A stretch of 61,662 nt of DNA, filler included, from Candidatus Babelota bacterium (lineage in GTDB: Bacteria > JAGOBX01): assembly GCA_017999075.1 (NCBI GenBank). It is 13 parts of 13 records of this genome, joined end to end, with 100 filler letters (N's around TTAATTAATTAA, not from the genome) between each part and the next. Parts side by side here need not be neighbours in the genome. Positions count along the whole stretch, not along the records: positions 6,208 to 20,089 come from JAGOBX010000039.1; positions 20,190 to 23,180 come from JAGOBX010000514.1; positions 23,281 to 37,100 come from JAGOBX010000040.1; 10 more parts are not named here. One strand, written 5' to 3'. Below, piece after piece: positions 19,061 to 28,939 of the stretch. Every line of letters starts with the position of its first letter. Position 1 is the first letter of the stretch. Position numbers and translations under genes: made by a program. The notes below the pieces were generated by a model, which was not told the origin of the DNA, searched no databases, and saw only the letters and a list, made by a program, of their open reading frames with translations.

Positions 19061-20026
19061 TTATAACCAATCCTTTTTTCTGAAAAATACCATCATAATA
19101 AGAATAATGAACAGCATTATTTCCATAACTATTACAAATGCATGAGTTGAATTTTGAAAAGGAAGATTTATATTCATTCCGTATATGCCTGATATTAAAG
19201 TTAAAGGCATAAAAATAACTGAAATAATCGTGAGCATTTTCATGATATCATTTCGTCTTATATCCATTAATGCGTCATATGACTGGTATAAACTTTCTAT
19301 TAATTCTTTGCTTGTTTCAAGCATATCAAAAATTTTTTCGCTATGATCCACTATATCTCCGAAATAAACTTCCATATCTTCTGAAATATATTTTAAATCA
19401 GTTAATTCGAGTTTTTTTAATAATGTAATTTCAGGTTTTAAAATATTTTTAAATAACAGAATATTTCTTCTTAAAATCAGTATTTCAGATATTGAATTTT
19501 TATCAAGAGAATCCAATATTTTTTCTTCAATAATACTTATGCTTTTATTAATTTTTTCAGCTACAGGGATACAGTAATCTATAAGCGTGTCAAGAATCGT
19601 ATGAAGAAGATCTGCTGAATCTACACAATCTATTTTATTGTTTTTGACATAATCGTTAAAGATTTTTTTTATAGGAGTAAAGTTCATTTCATGGACTGTC
19701 ACCACATAATTTCTGCCGACGAAAATTGAGATAACTCCGGTTTCAAGTTTTTTGTTGGCAGATATTTCTAACGGAACCTGCATAACAAGAAAAATAAAAT
19801 TATCAAATTCATCCATTTTAGGCCTTTCTATTTTGCTGGTGGCATCTTCAATTGCCAAAAAATGGAAATTGAAAACGTCTTTTAATATAGCAAGGTTTTC
19901 AGGCGCAGGAGTGAAAATGTCCACCCAAAACAAAAAATCTTTATCTCCTATTTTTTCTGATAAAAATTTTTTGTCAATATCAGTATAGAAAATATTTCCG
20001 GGAATATTATATCCTATTATCCGCAT
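19061..20026 (-). CDS. corA: CorA-family Mg2+/Co2+ transporter
   Basis: FHFLAIED, RPK, two C-terminal TM helices with YGMN signature. Confidence 0.93.
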   Translation of the reverse strand: MRIIGYNIPGNIFYTDIDKKFLSEKIGDKDFLFWVDIFTPAPENLAILKDVFNFHFLAIEDATSKIERPKMDEFDNFIFLVMQVPLEISANKKLETGVISIFVGRNYVVTVHEMNFTPIKKIFNDYVKNNKIDCVDSADLLHTILDTLIDYCIPVAEKINKSISIIEEKILDSLDKNSISEILILRRNILLFKNILKPEITLLKKLELTDLKYISEDMEVYFGDIVDHSEKIFDMLETSKELIESLYQSYDALMDIRRNDIMKMLTIISVIFMPLTLISGIYGMNINLPFQNSTHAFVIVMEIMLFIILIMMVFFRKKDWL

Positions 20027-20233
20027 ATATTTTTTGTTATTTTACTTTATATTATAATTTTGACATTAATTTACTAAACAATATTATAGNNNNNNNNNNN
20101 NNNNNNNNNNNNNNNNNNNNNNNNNNNNNNNNNTTAATTAATTAANNNNNNNNNNNNNNNNNNNNNNNNNNNNNNNNNNNNNNNNNNNNTATCAAGAAAT
20201 TTGCGATAGGTGGCAGAAAGGAGAAAAATAATA

Positions 20234-22918
20234 ATGTCTATACATCCAAATTTTCCTGTTTCTCCATACGAAATATTAAACCCTGATATCCGCTGGTTTC
20301 CAGCAGACGAAGCATTACGAGAATCAAGCTATGAAAAATTATTACCGCCGTTAGTCGTAACGCTTCGTAAACAAGTGTCGGAATGGCGGAATATTAATTA
20401 TAATGGTGCAAGCGAAACAAGTATTTCATTATTAAACTGGTGGTTTAAGACAGAACATACAATTACAAATTATGAAGGAAATATCACAACTTTTAATTAT
20501 TATTTTGCACAGCGTGAAGCAGTCGAAACAATAATATATTTATTTGATGTGGTAAAAATAAAAGATAAATACGATTTATTAAGATATGATTCGTCCGGCG
20601 CAGTATCGGCTGGTATGTTTGACGAAGAGTGGCGCAGATTTGTAATTAAGATGGCAACAGGCAGCGGCAAAACAAAGATACTGAGTTTGATATTAGCGTG
20701 GTGTTATTTTCATAAACTTTACGAGGCTGCTTCAGAACTTGCGAGAAATTTTTTGATTATAACGCCGAACATAATCGTTCTTGACAGAATTAGAACTGAC
20801 TTTGACGGATTAAAAATATTTTATGATGATCCTGTTTTGCCAGATAATGGTTTTGAAGGTAGGGACTGGCAATCAGATTTTCAATTGACTTTGCATATTC
20901 AAGATGATGTTCATATAGTCAGAAAAACTGGAAATATTTTTTTAACAAATATTCATCGTGTTTATGCAAGCGGTATTAATGAACCGAATTTTGACGACGA
21001 CGATACGCGCGATTATTTTTTCGGCAAACGACCGACTGGAAAAACAACAGATTCAAAAATAGATTTAGCTGAAATCGTAAGAGAAATAGATGAACTTGTG
21101 ATTTTAAATGATGAAGCTCATCATATACATGACAGCAAACTTGCATGGTTTAAATCTATACAGGATATACACAACCGTTTAAAACAAAAAGAACATTTTC
21201 TATCTTTACAAATCGATGTTACAGCTACGCCAAAACATAATAACGGCGCAATATTTGTTCAAACTGTTTCCGATTATCCGTTAGTCGAAGCAATTTCGCA
21301 AAATGTCGTCAAACATCCTGTTTTGCCTGATTCAGCGAGCCGCGCGAAATTGCAGGAAACACAGAGCGTAAAATATGTTGAAAAATACGCCGATTATATT
21401 CATTTAGGTATAGAAGAATGGAGGAAGGCATATACTGAACACGAAAAACTTGGTAAAAAAGCAGTTTTATTTATAATGACGGATGATACTAAAAATTGCG
21501 ATGATGTTGCTGAATATTTAGAAACAAGTTATCCTGAATTTAAAAAAACCGTATTGGTTATTCATACAAAAGATAATGGAGAAATATCAGAATCAGATAC
21601 AAAACGCAATAAAGAAGAATTAGAAATGTTGCGTGAACAATCGCGAAAAATTGATAGTTGGGAAAGTCCGTATAAAGTGATTATATCTGTTCTTATGCTA
21701 AAAGAGGGCTGGGATGTTCGTAATGTAACTACAATTGTAGGATTACGAGCGTATTCATCAAAAAGTAATATTTTACCTGAACAAACACTGGGGCGAGGAT
21801 TAAGGCGAATGTATCAAGGAACTGAAACAACAGAATATGTCAGCGTAGTCGGAACTGACGCTTTCATGGATTTTGTTGAATCTATACAAAGCGAAGGCGT
21901 TGAACTTGAACGCAAAGCAATGGGCGAAGGAACCAAACCCAAAACGCCATTAATCGTTGAAATAGATAGCGAAAATACTAAAAAGGATATTGAAAAACTT
22001 GATATTGAAATTCCGGTTTTATCTGCCAGAGTTTATAGAGAATATAAAAACCTTAATGAACTCAATCCCGTGAAATTTGAAAATGAGAAAATAGAATATA
22101 AACAATTTGATAAAGAAGAACAGCGTCAGATTGTTTTTAAAGATATAACAACCGGAGAGATTACACATACAACTTTCCTTGACGGCGTAAATGCGGGAAA
22201 TTATTCAAGCGTTATCGGTTATTTTACACAAATAATAATGAAAGATTTGCGGTTGATAAGCGGATATGATATTTTATACGGAAAAGTAAAAGAGTTTATA
22301 AAATTTTATTTATTTAACGCTGATATAGATTTAGAAAATTTAAATACTTTAAGAAATTTGTCGGAATTAAAAGCGACTAAAACAATAATTGAAACCTTTA
22401 AGAAAAAAATTAATGACTTAACTGTTCAGGATAAAGGTAACGCTGAAATACGCGATTATATAAAATTAAAGCAGACACGGCCATTTGTAGTAAAAGAACA
22501 GGGTTACCTTATTCCTAAAAAGAGCGTATTCAATAAAATAATCGGCGACAGTAATTTAGAATTAGAATTCGCGAATTTTCTTGATGAAAAATGCGAGGAT
22601 ATAATTTCATACGCAAAAAATTATATGGCAGTTCATTTTAATTTGGATTATGTAAATGCAGCCGGCAATATTTCAAATTATTATCCCGATTTTATAGTAA
22701 AGATTTCAGACAAAAAAATTGTGATTGTTGAAACAAAAGGTTTAGAAGATTTAGACGTACCTTTAAAAATGGAAAGATTAAAACAATGGTGTATTGATAT
22801 AAATTCGATTCAAAAAAATATTGTTTATGATTTTATATTTGTTGATGAAGAGACCTTTAAAAATTCGAGAATTTCAAATTTTAAAGAATTGCTTGAAACA
22901 TTTACAAAATATAAATAA
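20234..22918 (+). CDS. Type III restriction enzyme Res subunit (SF2 helicase + PD-(D/E)XK nuclease)
   Basis: QREAVET, MATGSGKT, DEAHH, TATP, LKEGWDV, QTLGRGLR, YYPDF..VETKG; likely ATG at 20234 after AGGAG. Confidence 0.9.
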   Translation: MSIHPNFPVSPYEILNPDIRWFPADEALRESSYEKLLPPLVVTLRKQVSEWRNINYNGASETSISLLNWWFKTEHTITNYEGNITTFNYYFAQREAVETIIYLFDVVKIKDKYDLLRYDSSGAVSAGMFDEEWRRFVIKMATGSGKTKILSLILAWCYFHKLYEAASELARNFLIITPNIIVLDRIRTDFDGLKIFYDDPVLPDNGFEGRDWQSDFQLTLHIQDDVHIVRKTGNIFLTNIHRVYASGINEPNFDDDDTRDYFFGKRPTGKTTDSKIDLAEIVREIDELVILNDEAHHIHDSKLAWFKSIQDIHNRLKQKEHFLSLQIDVTATPKHNNGAIFVQTVSDYPLVEAISQNVVKHPVLPDSASRAKLQETQSVKYVEKYADYIHLGIEEWRKAYTEHEKLGKKAVLFIMTDDTKNCDDVAEYLETSYPEFKKTVLVIHTKDNGEISESDTKRNKEELEMLREQSRKIDSWESPYKVIISVLMLKEGWDVRNVTTIVGLRAYSSKSNILPEQTLGRGLRRMYQGTETTEYVSVVGTDAFMDFVESIQSEGVELERKAMGEGTKPKTPLIVEIDSENTKKDIEKLDIEIPVLSARVYREYKNLNELNPVKFENEKIEYKQFDKEEQRQIVFKDITTGEITHTTFLDGVNAGNYSSVIGYFTQIIMKDLRLISGYDILYGKVKEFIKFYLFNADIDLENLNTLRNLSELKATKTIIETFKKKINDLTVQDKGNAEIRDYIKLKQTRPFVVKEQGYLIPKKSVFNKIIGDSNLELEFANFLDEKCEDIISYAKNYMAVHFNLDYVNAAGNISNYYPDFIVKISDKKIVIVETKGLEDLDVPLKMERLKQWCIDINSIQKNIVYDFIFVDEETFKNSRISNFKELLETFTKYK

Positions 22919-22948
22919 TGCCGCCTTCACTATCCTGTTTCGGCGGCA
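22919..22948 (+). terminator. GC-rich hairpin immediately after res stop (possible terminator)
   Basis: TGCCGCC...GGCGGCA inverted repeat; followed by an A-run rather than a T-run on +. Confidence 0.35.
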
Positions 22949-23011
22949 AAAACCAGACAAAATTTTTTAAAAACAAAAAGATATGATTACAAAACAAAAA
23001 GAAAATACGGC

Positions 23012-23180
23012 AGATAACTCGGGCTTATACCTCGTGCCTGCGGCACGGCGCTACGCTCCGACAGGCAAGTAAAAAAATATTGATAAAACAGCGACGTAAT
23101 TCATTGATAATATTAGACTTACATCGCTATTTCTGCCTCATTTGAGTTTGCTTCAATTTCACTTCGAGTAAGCTTCGAGT
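23012..23180 (+). repeat. Long attC-like stem-loop (integron cassette recombination-site-like), cut by contig end
   Basis: AGATAAC R''-like box; ACTCGGGCTTA pairs with terminal TAAGCTTCGAGT with one bulged base; nested hairpins GTGCC/GGCAC and AGCGACGTAA/TTACATCGCT. Confidence 0.5.
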
Positions 23181-23394
23181 NNNNNNNNNNNNNNNNNNNN
23201 NNNNNNNNNNNNNNNNNNNNNNNNTTAATTAATTAANNNNNNNNNNNNNNNNNNNNNNNNNNNNNNNNNNNNNNNNNNNNGAGTTCTAACTGTTATAATC
23301 GGAAAACACAAAAAACAGGAGCCGAAATCAATTGAAATATCTGTGAAATAATTATTGTCAAAATGAAACAGAAAATATCTGTTCTCAAATTATT

Positions 23395-23455
23395 AAATCA
23401 AAATTGCGCTGAAAATACATGGATAGCATTTATTTTCAATGCGCAATTTTGATTT
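23395..23455. repeat. Long inverted repeat
   Basis: Perfect 15-bp arms AAATCAAAATTGCGC / GCGCAATTTTGATTT plus inner TGAAAATA / TATTTTCA. Confidence 0.8.
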
Positions 23456-23739
23456 GCAAAAATGACGCCTGCAGTATAAAATTTCAATAAATGAAAAATG
23501 CAGTTCTACAGGTAAATCATCGGCAAACAAGCTTCTTCTTTTTCTGTTTCAATATACATTTATTATCAATTATTTTTTCAAATATACACTAATGCGCGAT
23601 AAAAAAATTTCCATTTTTTTGAACTCGCCCCAGTTTAAATTTACTCTCCATTAATTTAATTTGACTTTTAAATTCAATTATATTATTTTAAACTTATTAT
23701 TTAAAATTTTAAATTTATTAATTACGGAAAATCATAATT

Positions 23740-24627
23740 ATGCTTACAGACAATATTCTTGATTTAATCGGCAATACGCCGCTTATAAGATTAAAAAATG
23801 AAAAAATATTTGCAAAAGCGGAATTTCTTAATCCTGGCGGAAGCATAAAAGACAGAGTTGCGCTGTCAATGATAGAAGGTGCAGAATCAAAAGGTCTTTT
23901 AAACAAAAACAGCATTATCATTGAACCAACTTCCGGAAACACCGGGATCGGAATTGCTCTCGTCGGAAAGATGAAAGGATATAAAGTTAAAATTGTAATG
24001 CCTGAAAATATGAGTTCTGAAAGAAAAAAACTTATTACATCTCTTGGAGCAGAACTCATACTTACCCCGAGCAGCGAAGGAATAGGCGGTGCAGTTGAAT
24101 ATGTAAAAAAAGAATCTAAAAAAAATAAAAATTATTTTGTCCCCCAACAATTCGAAAATCCTGATAATCCGAAAATTCATTACCAGGAAACCGCAAAAGA
24201 ACTCTGGAGACAAATGAGCGGAGATATACAGTGTTTTGTTGCAGGAGTAGGAAGCGGAGGCACACTTCAGGGAGTCGGGTCATTTTTGAAAGAACACAAA
24301 CATGACGTAAAAATAATTGCTGTTGAACCAAAAAATGTTTCTGCTCTTTTAGGTCATGAACCAGGGCTTCATCAGATACAGGGAATAGGCGACGGTTTTA
24401 TTCCCAAAATTCTAGATGTTTCTCTTGTGGACGAAGTCATTGAAGTAACAGATGAGGATGCGGTAAATACCACAAAACAGCTCGGACAAAAATACGGATT
24501 ACTTGTAGGGATTTCTTCAGGAGCCAATATATGGGCATCTAAAAAAATTTCAAAAAAAATTAAAGGAAACATTGCAACCGTTCTTCCCGACAGGGTTGAA
24601 CGGTATTTCAGCACTGCGCTGATATAA
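23740..24627 (+). CDS. cysK: Cysteine synthase A (O-acetylserine sulfhydrylase)
   Basis: IGNTPL, NPGGSIKDR (PLP Lys), PTSGNTG, GVGSGGT, HQIQGIG, GISSGA. Confidence 0.95.
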   Translation: MLTDNILDLIGNTPLIRLKNEKIFAKAEFLNPGGSIKDRVALSMIEGAESKGLLNKNSIIIEPTSGNTGIGIALVGKMKGYKVKIVMPENMSSERKKLITSLGAELILTPSSEGIGGAVEYVKKESKKNKNYFVPQQFENPDNPKIHYQETAKELWRQMSGDIQCFVAGVGSGGTLQGVGSFLKEHKHDVKIIAVEPKNVSALLGHEPGLHQIQGIGDGFIPKILDVSLVDEVIEVTDEDAVNTTKQLGQKYGLLVGISSGANIWASKKISKKIKGNIATVLPDRVERYFSTALI

Positions 24628-24662
24628 AATTAAAAAAAAATTAAACTAAAAAAAATATTTTT

Positions 24663-25415
24663 CTATTGATCAATGCTGGTCAAATTAATTGATCCCTTAT
24701 CAGTTATGACAATCGTATGTTCATATTGTGCTACCAGAGATTTATCAGGAGTTCTTAAAGTCCAGCCGTCTTTAGAATCAACAACATAATTCGCATTAGA
24801 AGACACAAAACATTCAATGGCAACTACCATTCCTGACTTAAATTTTTTTTTATCTTTAGGGTCGTAATAATTTAAAATATGATGAGGATCTTCGTGCAAA
24901 GATTTACCGACTCCATGCCCGCATAAATTCTGAATTGTTTTAAAGCCGTATTTTTTTGCTTCATTCTCAACTATTAATCCCATTAGATTAATTGCTGTTC
25001 CTGCTTTAGCTGCTGATATGCATTTATTTAAAGCTGCCAATGAACTTTTACATAAATTGGAAACTACAGGCAAAACAGGTTCCAAAGCAGTTGAAGCGCC
25101 AGTATCAGCAAAATATCCGTCAAGTTCAGCAGATACGTCAATATTAACCAAATCTCCTGATTTAATCACTCTATTTCCAGGAATACCGTGAGCCGCTTCA
25201 TCATTAACGCTGATACAGGTTGCTCCAGGGAATTTATAAACTGTGCTTGGCGCAGATTTAGCTCCGTTCAATATCAGAAAATTTCTACCGATATTATCAA
25301 GTTCTGCAGTAGTAATTCCGGGTTTTAAATTCCGGATCATTTCATTTAAAGTCAAACCAACGATTCTGCCGATGCGTTTAAAAGATGCAAGTTCTTTTTC
25401 TGAAGAAATAATCAT
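24663..25415 (-). CDS. map: Type I methionine aminopeptidase
   Basis: CISVNDEAAHGIP, NIDVS..DG.FADTG, GHGVGKSLHEDP, AIE, AQYEHT. Confidence 0.96.
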   Translation of the reverse strand: MIISSEKELASFKRIGRIVGLTLNEMIRNLKPGITTAELDNIGRNFLILNGAKSAPSTVYKFPGATCISVNDEAAHGIPGNRVIKSGDLVNIDVSAELDGYFADTGASTALEPVLPVVSNLCKSSLAALNKCISAAKAGTAINLMGLIVENEAKKYGFKTIQNLCGHGVGKSLHEDPHHILNYYDPKDKKKFKSGMVVAIECFVSSNANYVVDSKDGWTLRTPDKSLVAQYEHTIVITDKGSINLTSIDQ

Positions 25416-25428
25416 AATTATTTTTGAG

Positions 25429-26034
25429 TTACATTACTGAAAAATCAATTTCACTAATATTAGTTATAATTTTATCTACAATTCCGTATTCTTTAGCCTC
25501 TTCAGCACTTAACCAAAAATTCCTATCTGAATCCTTTTCTATTTTTTCATACGGTTGACCTGTAGCCGAACTAATTAATTTATTAAGCCGTTTCCGCATT
25601 TTAATAATTTCCTGGGTTTCAATTTCTATGTCTGAAGCCTGGCCTCTCATTCCGCCTGAAGGCTGATGAATAAGATATCTGGTATTCGGCAGGGAATACC
25701 TGAATTTTTTTTCAGCTCCTAAATAAATAGTTATTCCGGCACTTGCAACCCAGCCAGTACCTATCATTACAACTTTAGGTTTTACAAACTTTATCATATC
25801 ATGTATCGTATCTCCGGATTCCACGTGTCCGCCCTGAGAATTAATAATAATTTTTATTGGTTCAGTTTCAGAAAGAGACTGCAAAAAAATGAGGTCTGAG
25901 ACAACTTTTCCTGCAAGTTTCTGATTAATTTCTCCGCATATCAGAACTGTCCTGGTTTTTTTTAATACTTCATTGGATTTGCGTTTTTCTTCTTTATTAT
26001 TCTGATCGTCGTTTTCATTTTCTTTGTCGCACAT
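25429..26034 (-). CDS. clpP: ATP-dependent Clp protease proteolytic subunit (ClpP2-like)
   Basis: INSQGG, ASAG (Ser), IHQPSGG (His), DRNFWLSAEEA.EYG. Confidence 0.93.
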   Translation of the reverse strand: MCDKENENDDQNNKEEKRKSNEVLKKTRTVLICGEINQKLAGKVVSDLIFLQSLSETEPIKIIINSQGGHVESGDTIHDMIKFVKPKVVMIGTGWVASAGITIYLGAEKKFRYSLPNTRYLIHQPSGGMRGQASDIEIETQEIIKMRKRLNKLISSATGQPYEKIEKDSDRNFWLSAEEAKEYGIVDKIITNISEIDFSVM

Positions 26035-26213
26035 TTTATAATCTCCTTTAAGCTAAGCATATTGTTAATTATACTCTGCTTTGAAATGATTAGTTGACAA
26101 ACCGTTTAATTGATAATCAATAAAATACGGGAAATAAATTTATTTTATAAATTAATTATTTCAAAGCACAATATTTTATTGAATTATATATCAGATTTTT
26201 CAATAATTCAACT

Positions 26214-27443
26214 TTATTTTTCTAAAATATTTTTAATTTTAAGATATACCCTGTCCCAACTGTATTCCTGCACCGTTTCATAAGCTTTTTTTTTGACAGA
26301 GTTACATAATTTGCTATCATTTATATACATTTCAATCTTTTCAATTAAATCTTCAGCATCAAACTTTCTATAAATCAATCCGTTTTCTTTATGTTTTACA
26401 ACGCTGCCCGGTCCTATTGAATCCGACACTATAACCGGAACGCCGCAAGCCATTGCTTCCAGAGTAACTATGCCAAAAGGTTCCGGCCATATAGAAGGAA
26501 CAATGCAAATATCAGCGTTTTTATATACTTCAGATAATTTTTCCTGCGGAAGCCACGGAATAATTTTTATATTATTTTCATTTAATATAAATCCATTTTC
26601 TGCAGTTATATTTAATGAGATATTTGTATATTTTTTACATAATATTTTAAATGCTTTATAAAGTATATGGAATCCTTTTGCAGGATCTGACGCTCTTCCT
26701 GCCATTAAAATATTTATATTTTTTTTGTTTTTCAAATCAGGATGTTCAGAATTGTTAAACACAAAATTGGTCAGATCTATTCCGCTGGGTATTTTATGTA
26801 TATTATTATTAAATGGCGACAGTTTGTCTTTTATAAAATCATTGTAGCAGATAATAGACGAAGCATTCCTTATTGATTCAATAACAATTTTTTTGTAGGA
26901 AGGCAGAAACGCCAAACTTCCAAAATATTCTTGTATAAAAACTTTGGATCTGCTTGTAATTAACCATTCCAGAGCGCAGAAACTGCAGCTAAGCCAATCT
27001 TCAAAATTCCCTGTAAGATAATTCTTTTCGCAAAGACTGTTATTTTTAAAAAATATCCCGTGCTGCCTCAGGCATAACCCTTCGTACGCATAAAAACGGA
27101 TGATATACTTATAATTTTTAAAATATGATATAACAGCAGGTTTAATAAACCATCCGTCTCCAAAAAAAATTAAATCAGGATTATATTCATCTATTTTTTC
27201 TTTTAATTTTTTCGGGTAAGAAAAAAAATTAAAATTAAAAACATCCGTCTTGATTTTTTCTGTTTCAACACCGATTTTTTCAGCATTTTTCCCTCTGTTA
27301 AACCCAAATTCCATTTCAGGTATAAACAATTTTACCGTAAAATCATTATTAAATCTGGTTATTATCTCTTTTATATCAGTCCTCGCTCCGCCGTCAGGCG
27401 GCCAGTTAAAAAGAAAATCTATCACCGCTATTTTTTTTTTCAT
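26214..27443 (-). CDS. GT4 glycosyltransferase with Cys-rich insert
   Basis: PPDGGA, EPFGIVTLEAMACG; internal CLRQH..C..CSFC. Confidence 0.9.
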   Translation of the reverse strand: MKKKIAVIDFLFNWPPDGGARTDIKEIITRFNNDFTVKLFIPEMEFGFNRGKNAEKIGVETEKIKTDVFNFNFFSYPKKLKEKIDEYNPDLIFFGDGWFIKPAVISYFKNYKYIIRFYAYEGLCLRQHGIFFKNNSLCEKNYLTGNFEDWLSCSFCALEWLITSRSKVFIQEYFGSLAFLPSYKKIVIESIRNASSIICYNDFIKDKLSPFNNNIHKIPSGIDLTNFVFNNSEHPDLKNKKNINILMAGRASDPAKGFHILYKAFKILCKKYTNISLNITAENGFILNENNIKIIPWLPQEKLSEVYKNADICIVPSIWPEPFGIVTLEAMACGVPVIVSDSIGPGSVVKHKENGLIYRKFDAEDLIEKIEMYINDSKLCNSVKKKAYETVQEYSWDRVYLKIKNILEK

Positions 27444-28939
27444 TTATTTCTTATTATCTTATAAAAAAATTCATAAAATTTATCTTTACATTTTTCAATT
27501 AATATCTGGAACTTGTTAAGCACTGCTTTACGCGCAGTCAATTCATTAAAATACACTACATCCACATACTTAATTCCATATTTCCTTATAATTCTAAACA
27601 GCTTAATTTTTCTTTGATAACGTATTATTATATTATTTCCTATTCTGTCTGTCCAGTCATTGTCATTTTCTTTATTGTAATATACTAATCCGAATCTATC
27701 AATCAGTTTGTATTCAACAGCCCGATCTTTTCCAATATGGCAAACATCTAATCCAACAACTTTTGATATATATTCGGCATTATTTTTCAACATATCGCAG
27801 GTAACCAAAAAATCTTCTTCTGATTCCATCGGAAATCCTGCTATCAAATCAATATTACATTTTATCCCTGCTTCAAATGTATTTTTCAAGACAAAACGAA
27901 TATCTTTTTCCTTATGAAGTTTTTTCATATTGGAAATAACATTTTGCGAACCGCTTTCTATACCAAATTCAAACTCTGTAAATCCGGCTTTTTTCAATTT
28001 TTTCATAACATCAAGCGTCATATAATCTTTAGCGACTCCAATTCCGTACATTTCAATGTCGATATTGTTATTAATTATCAAGCCGCAAAATTCAATAAGT
28101 TTAGTTATATCGGCATTTATCAGCGAATCACAAAAAAAAAACTGACGCACATTGTTACTCATCAAATGAAATTTTATTTCAGAAAATAAATTTTCAGGAG
28201 TGCGCTGTCTGAATTTTTTCCAGTATCGGTTTACGTCGCAAAATATACATTTACTTATACAACCTCTGCTAAACAGTAAAGGCAATGATTGCGTAGTATA
28301 TTTATATTTTCTGAAATTTTTATAAACCGGGAACGGCAAATCATCCAGATTCCCATCTTCATCTCTTTTCAAATTTATTTTAAATGTGGTTCCAACGAAT
28401 ATTGTATCTGGTATATCATCAAATTTTAATTTATCCTTTAATTTAGTTAATAATTGTTTTAACGGTTCTTCTCCTTCTCCTGTAACAAATAAATCTATAC
28501 AGCCGCAGCTTAAATTATTAATATCTCTGCACCACTCGGTAATAAAACAATCAGGGCCTCCAAATACAATTATTTTTTCATGATCATTATTTTTAATATA
28601 TTTTGCTATTTCAATAGACAAATATTTATTTGATAAAAAAACAGAAAAACCTATAACTTTAGATTTTATATCCAGCAAGGATTTAAAATAAGTGTTATTC
28701 AATAAAATTTTAAAATTTTTTACAGCATTTTCTTGTGTTGACCAAAGGCGTCTATCTCCCATATTAAATTCTTTTATTTTATCATTGTTGGTTTGCACCA
28801 AATTTGATAAGTCTAAAATATCGACAGAAAAATTATTTTTTATAAGATAAGATTCAATATAAGCAACACCTATTAAAGGAAAACTTATTAATGTATAAGG
28901 AGCAATAAATAAAGTTATATCAGGAACATTTATACTCAT
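27440..28939 (-). CDS. B12-binding domain radical SAM protein (class B methyltransferase-like)
   Basis: N-terminal B12-binding region (VFGGP, GEGE), SRGCISKCIFC (CxxxCxxC), GIESGS. Confidence 0.9.
   Translation of the reverse strand: MSINVPDITLFIAPYTLISFPLIGVAYIESYLIKNNFSVDILDLSNLVQTNNDKIKEFNMGDRRLWSTQENAVKNFKILLNNTYFKSLLDIKSKVIGFSVFLSNKYLSIEIAKYIKNNDHEKIIVFGGPDCFITEWCRDINNLSCGCIDLFVTGEGEEPLKQLLTKLKDKLKFDDIPDTIFVGTTFKINLKRDEDGNLDDLPFPVYKNFRKYKYTTQSLPLLFSRGCISKCIFCDVNRYWKKFRQRTPENLFSEIKFHLMSNNVRQFFFCDSLINADITKLIEFCGLIINNNIDIEMYGIGVAKDYMTLDVMKKLKKAGFTEFEFGIESGSQNVISNMKKLHKEKDIRFVLKNTFEAGIKCNIDLIAGFPMESEEDFLVTCDMLKNNAEYISKVVGLDVCHIGKDRAVEYKLIDRFGLVYYNKENDNDWTDRIGNNIIIRYQRKIKLFRIIRKYGIKYVDVVYFNELTARKAVLNKFQILIEKCKDKFYEFFYKIIRNK

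Noticed and set aside
23281-23739. SAM or T-box riboswitch upstream of cysK
   Set aside because: No recognisable SAM-I core or T-box (AAGGTGGTACC-like) sequence; region is very AT-rich.
20234-27443. Defence island spanning res, cysK and clpP
   Set aside because: res and cysK are on different contigs separated by an artificial spacer.
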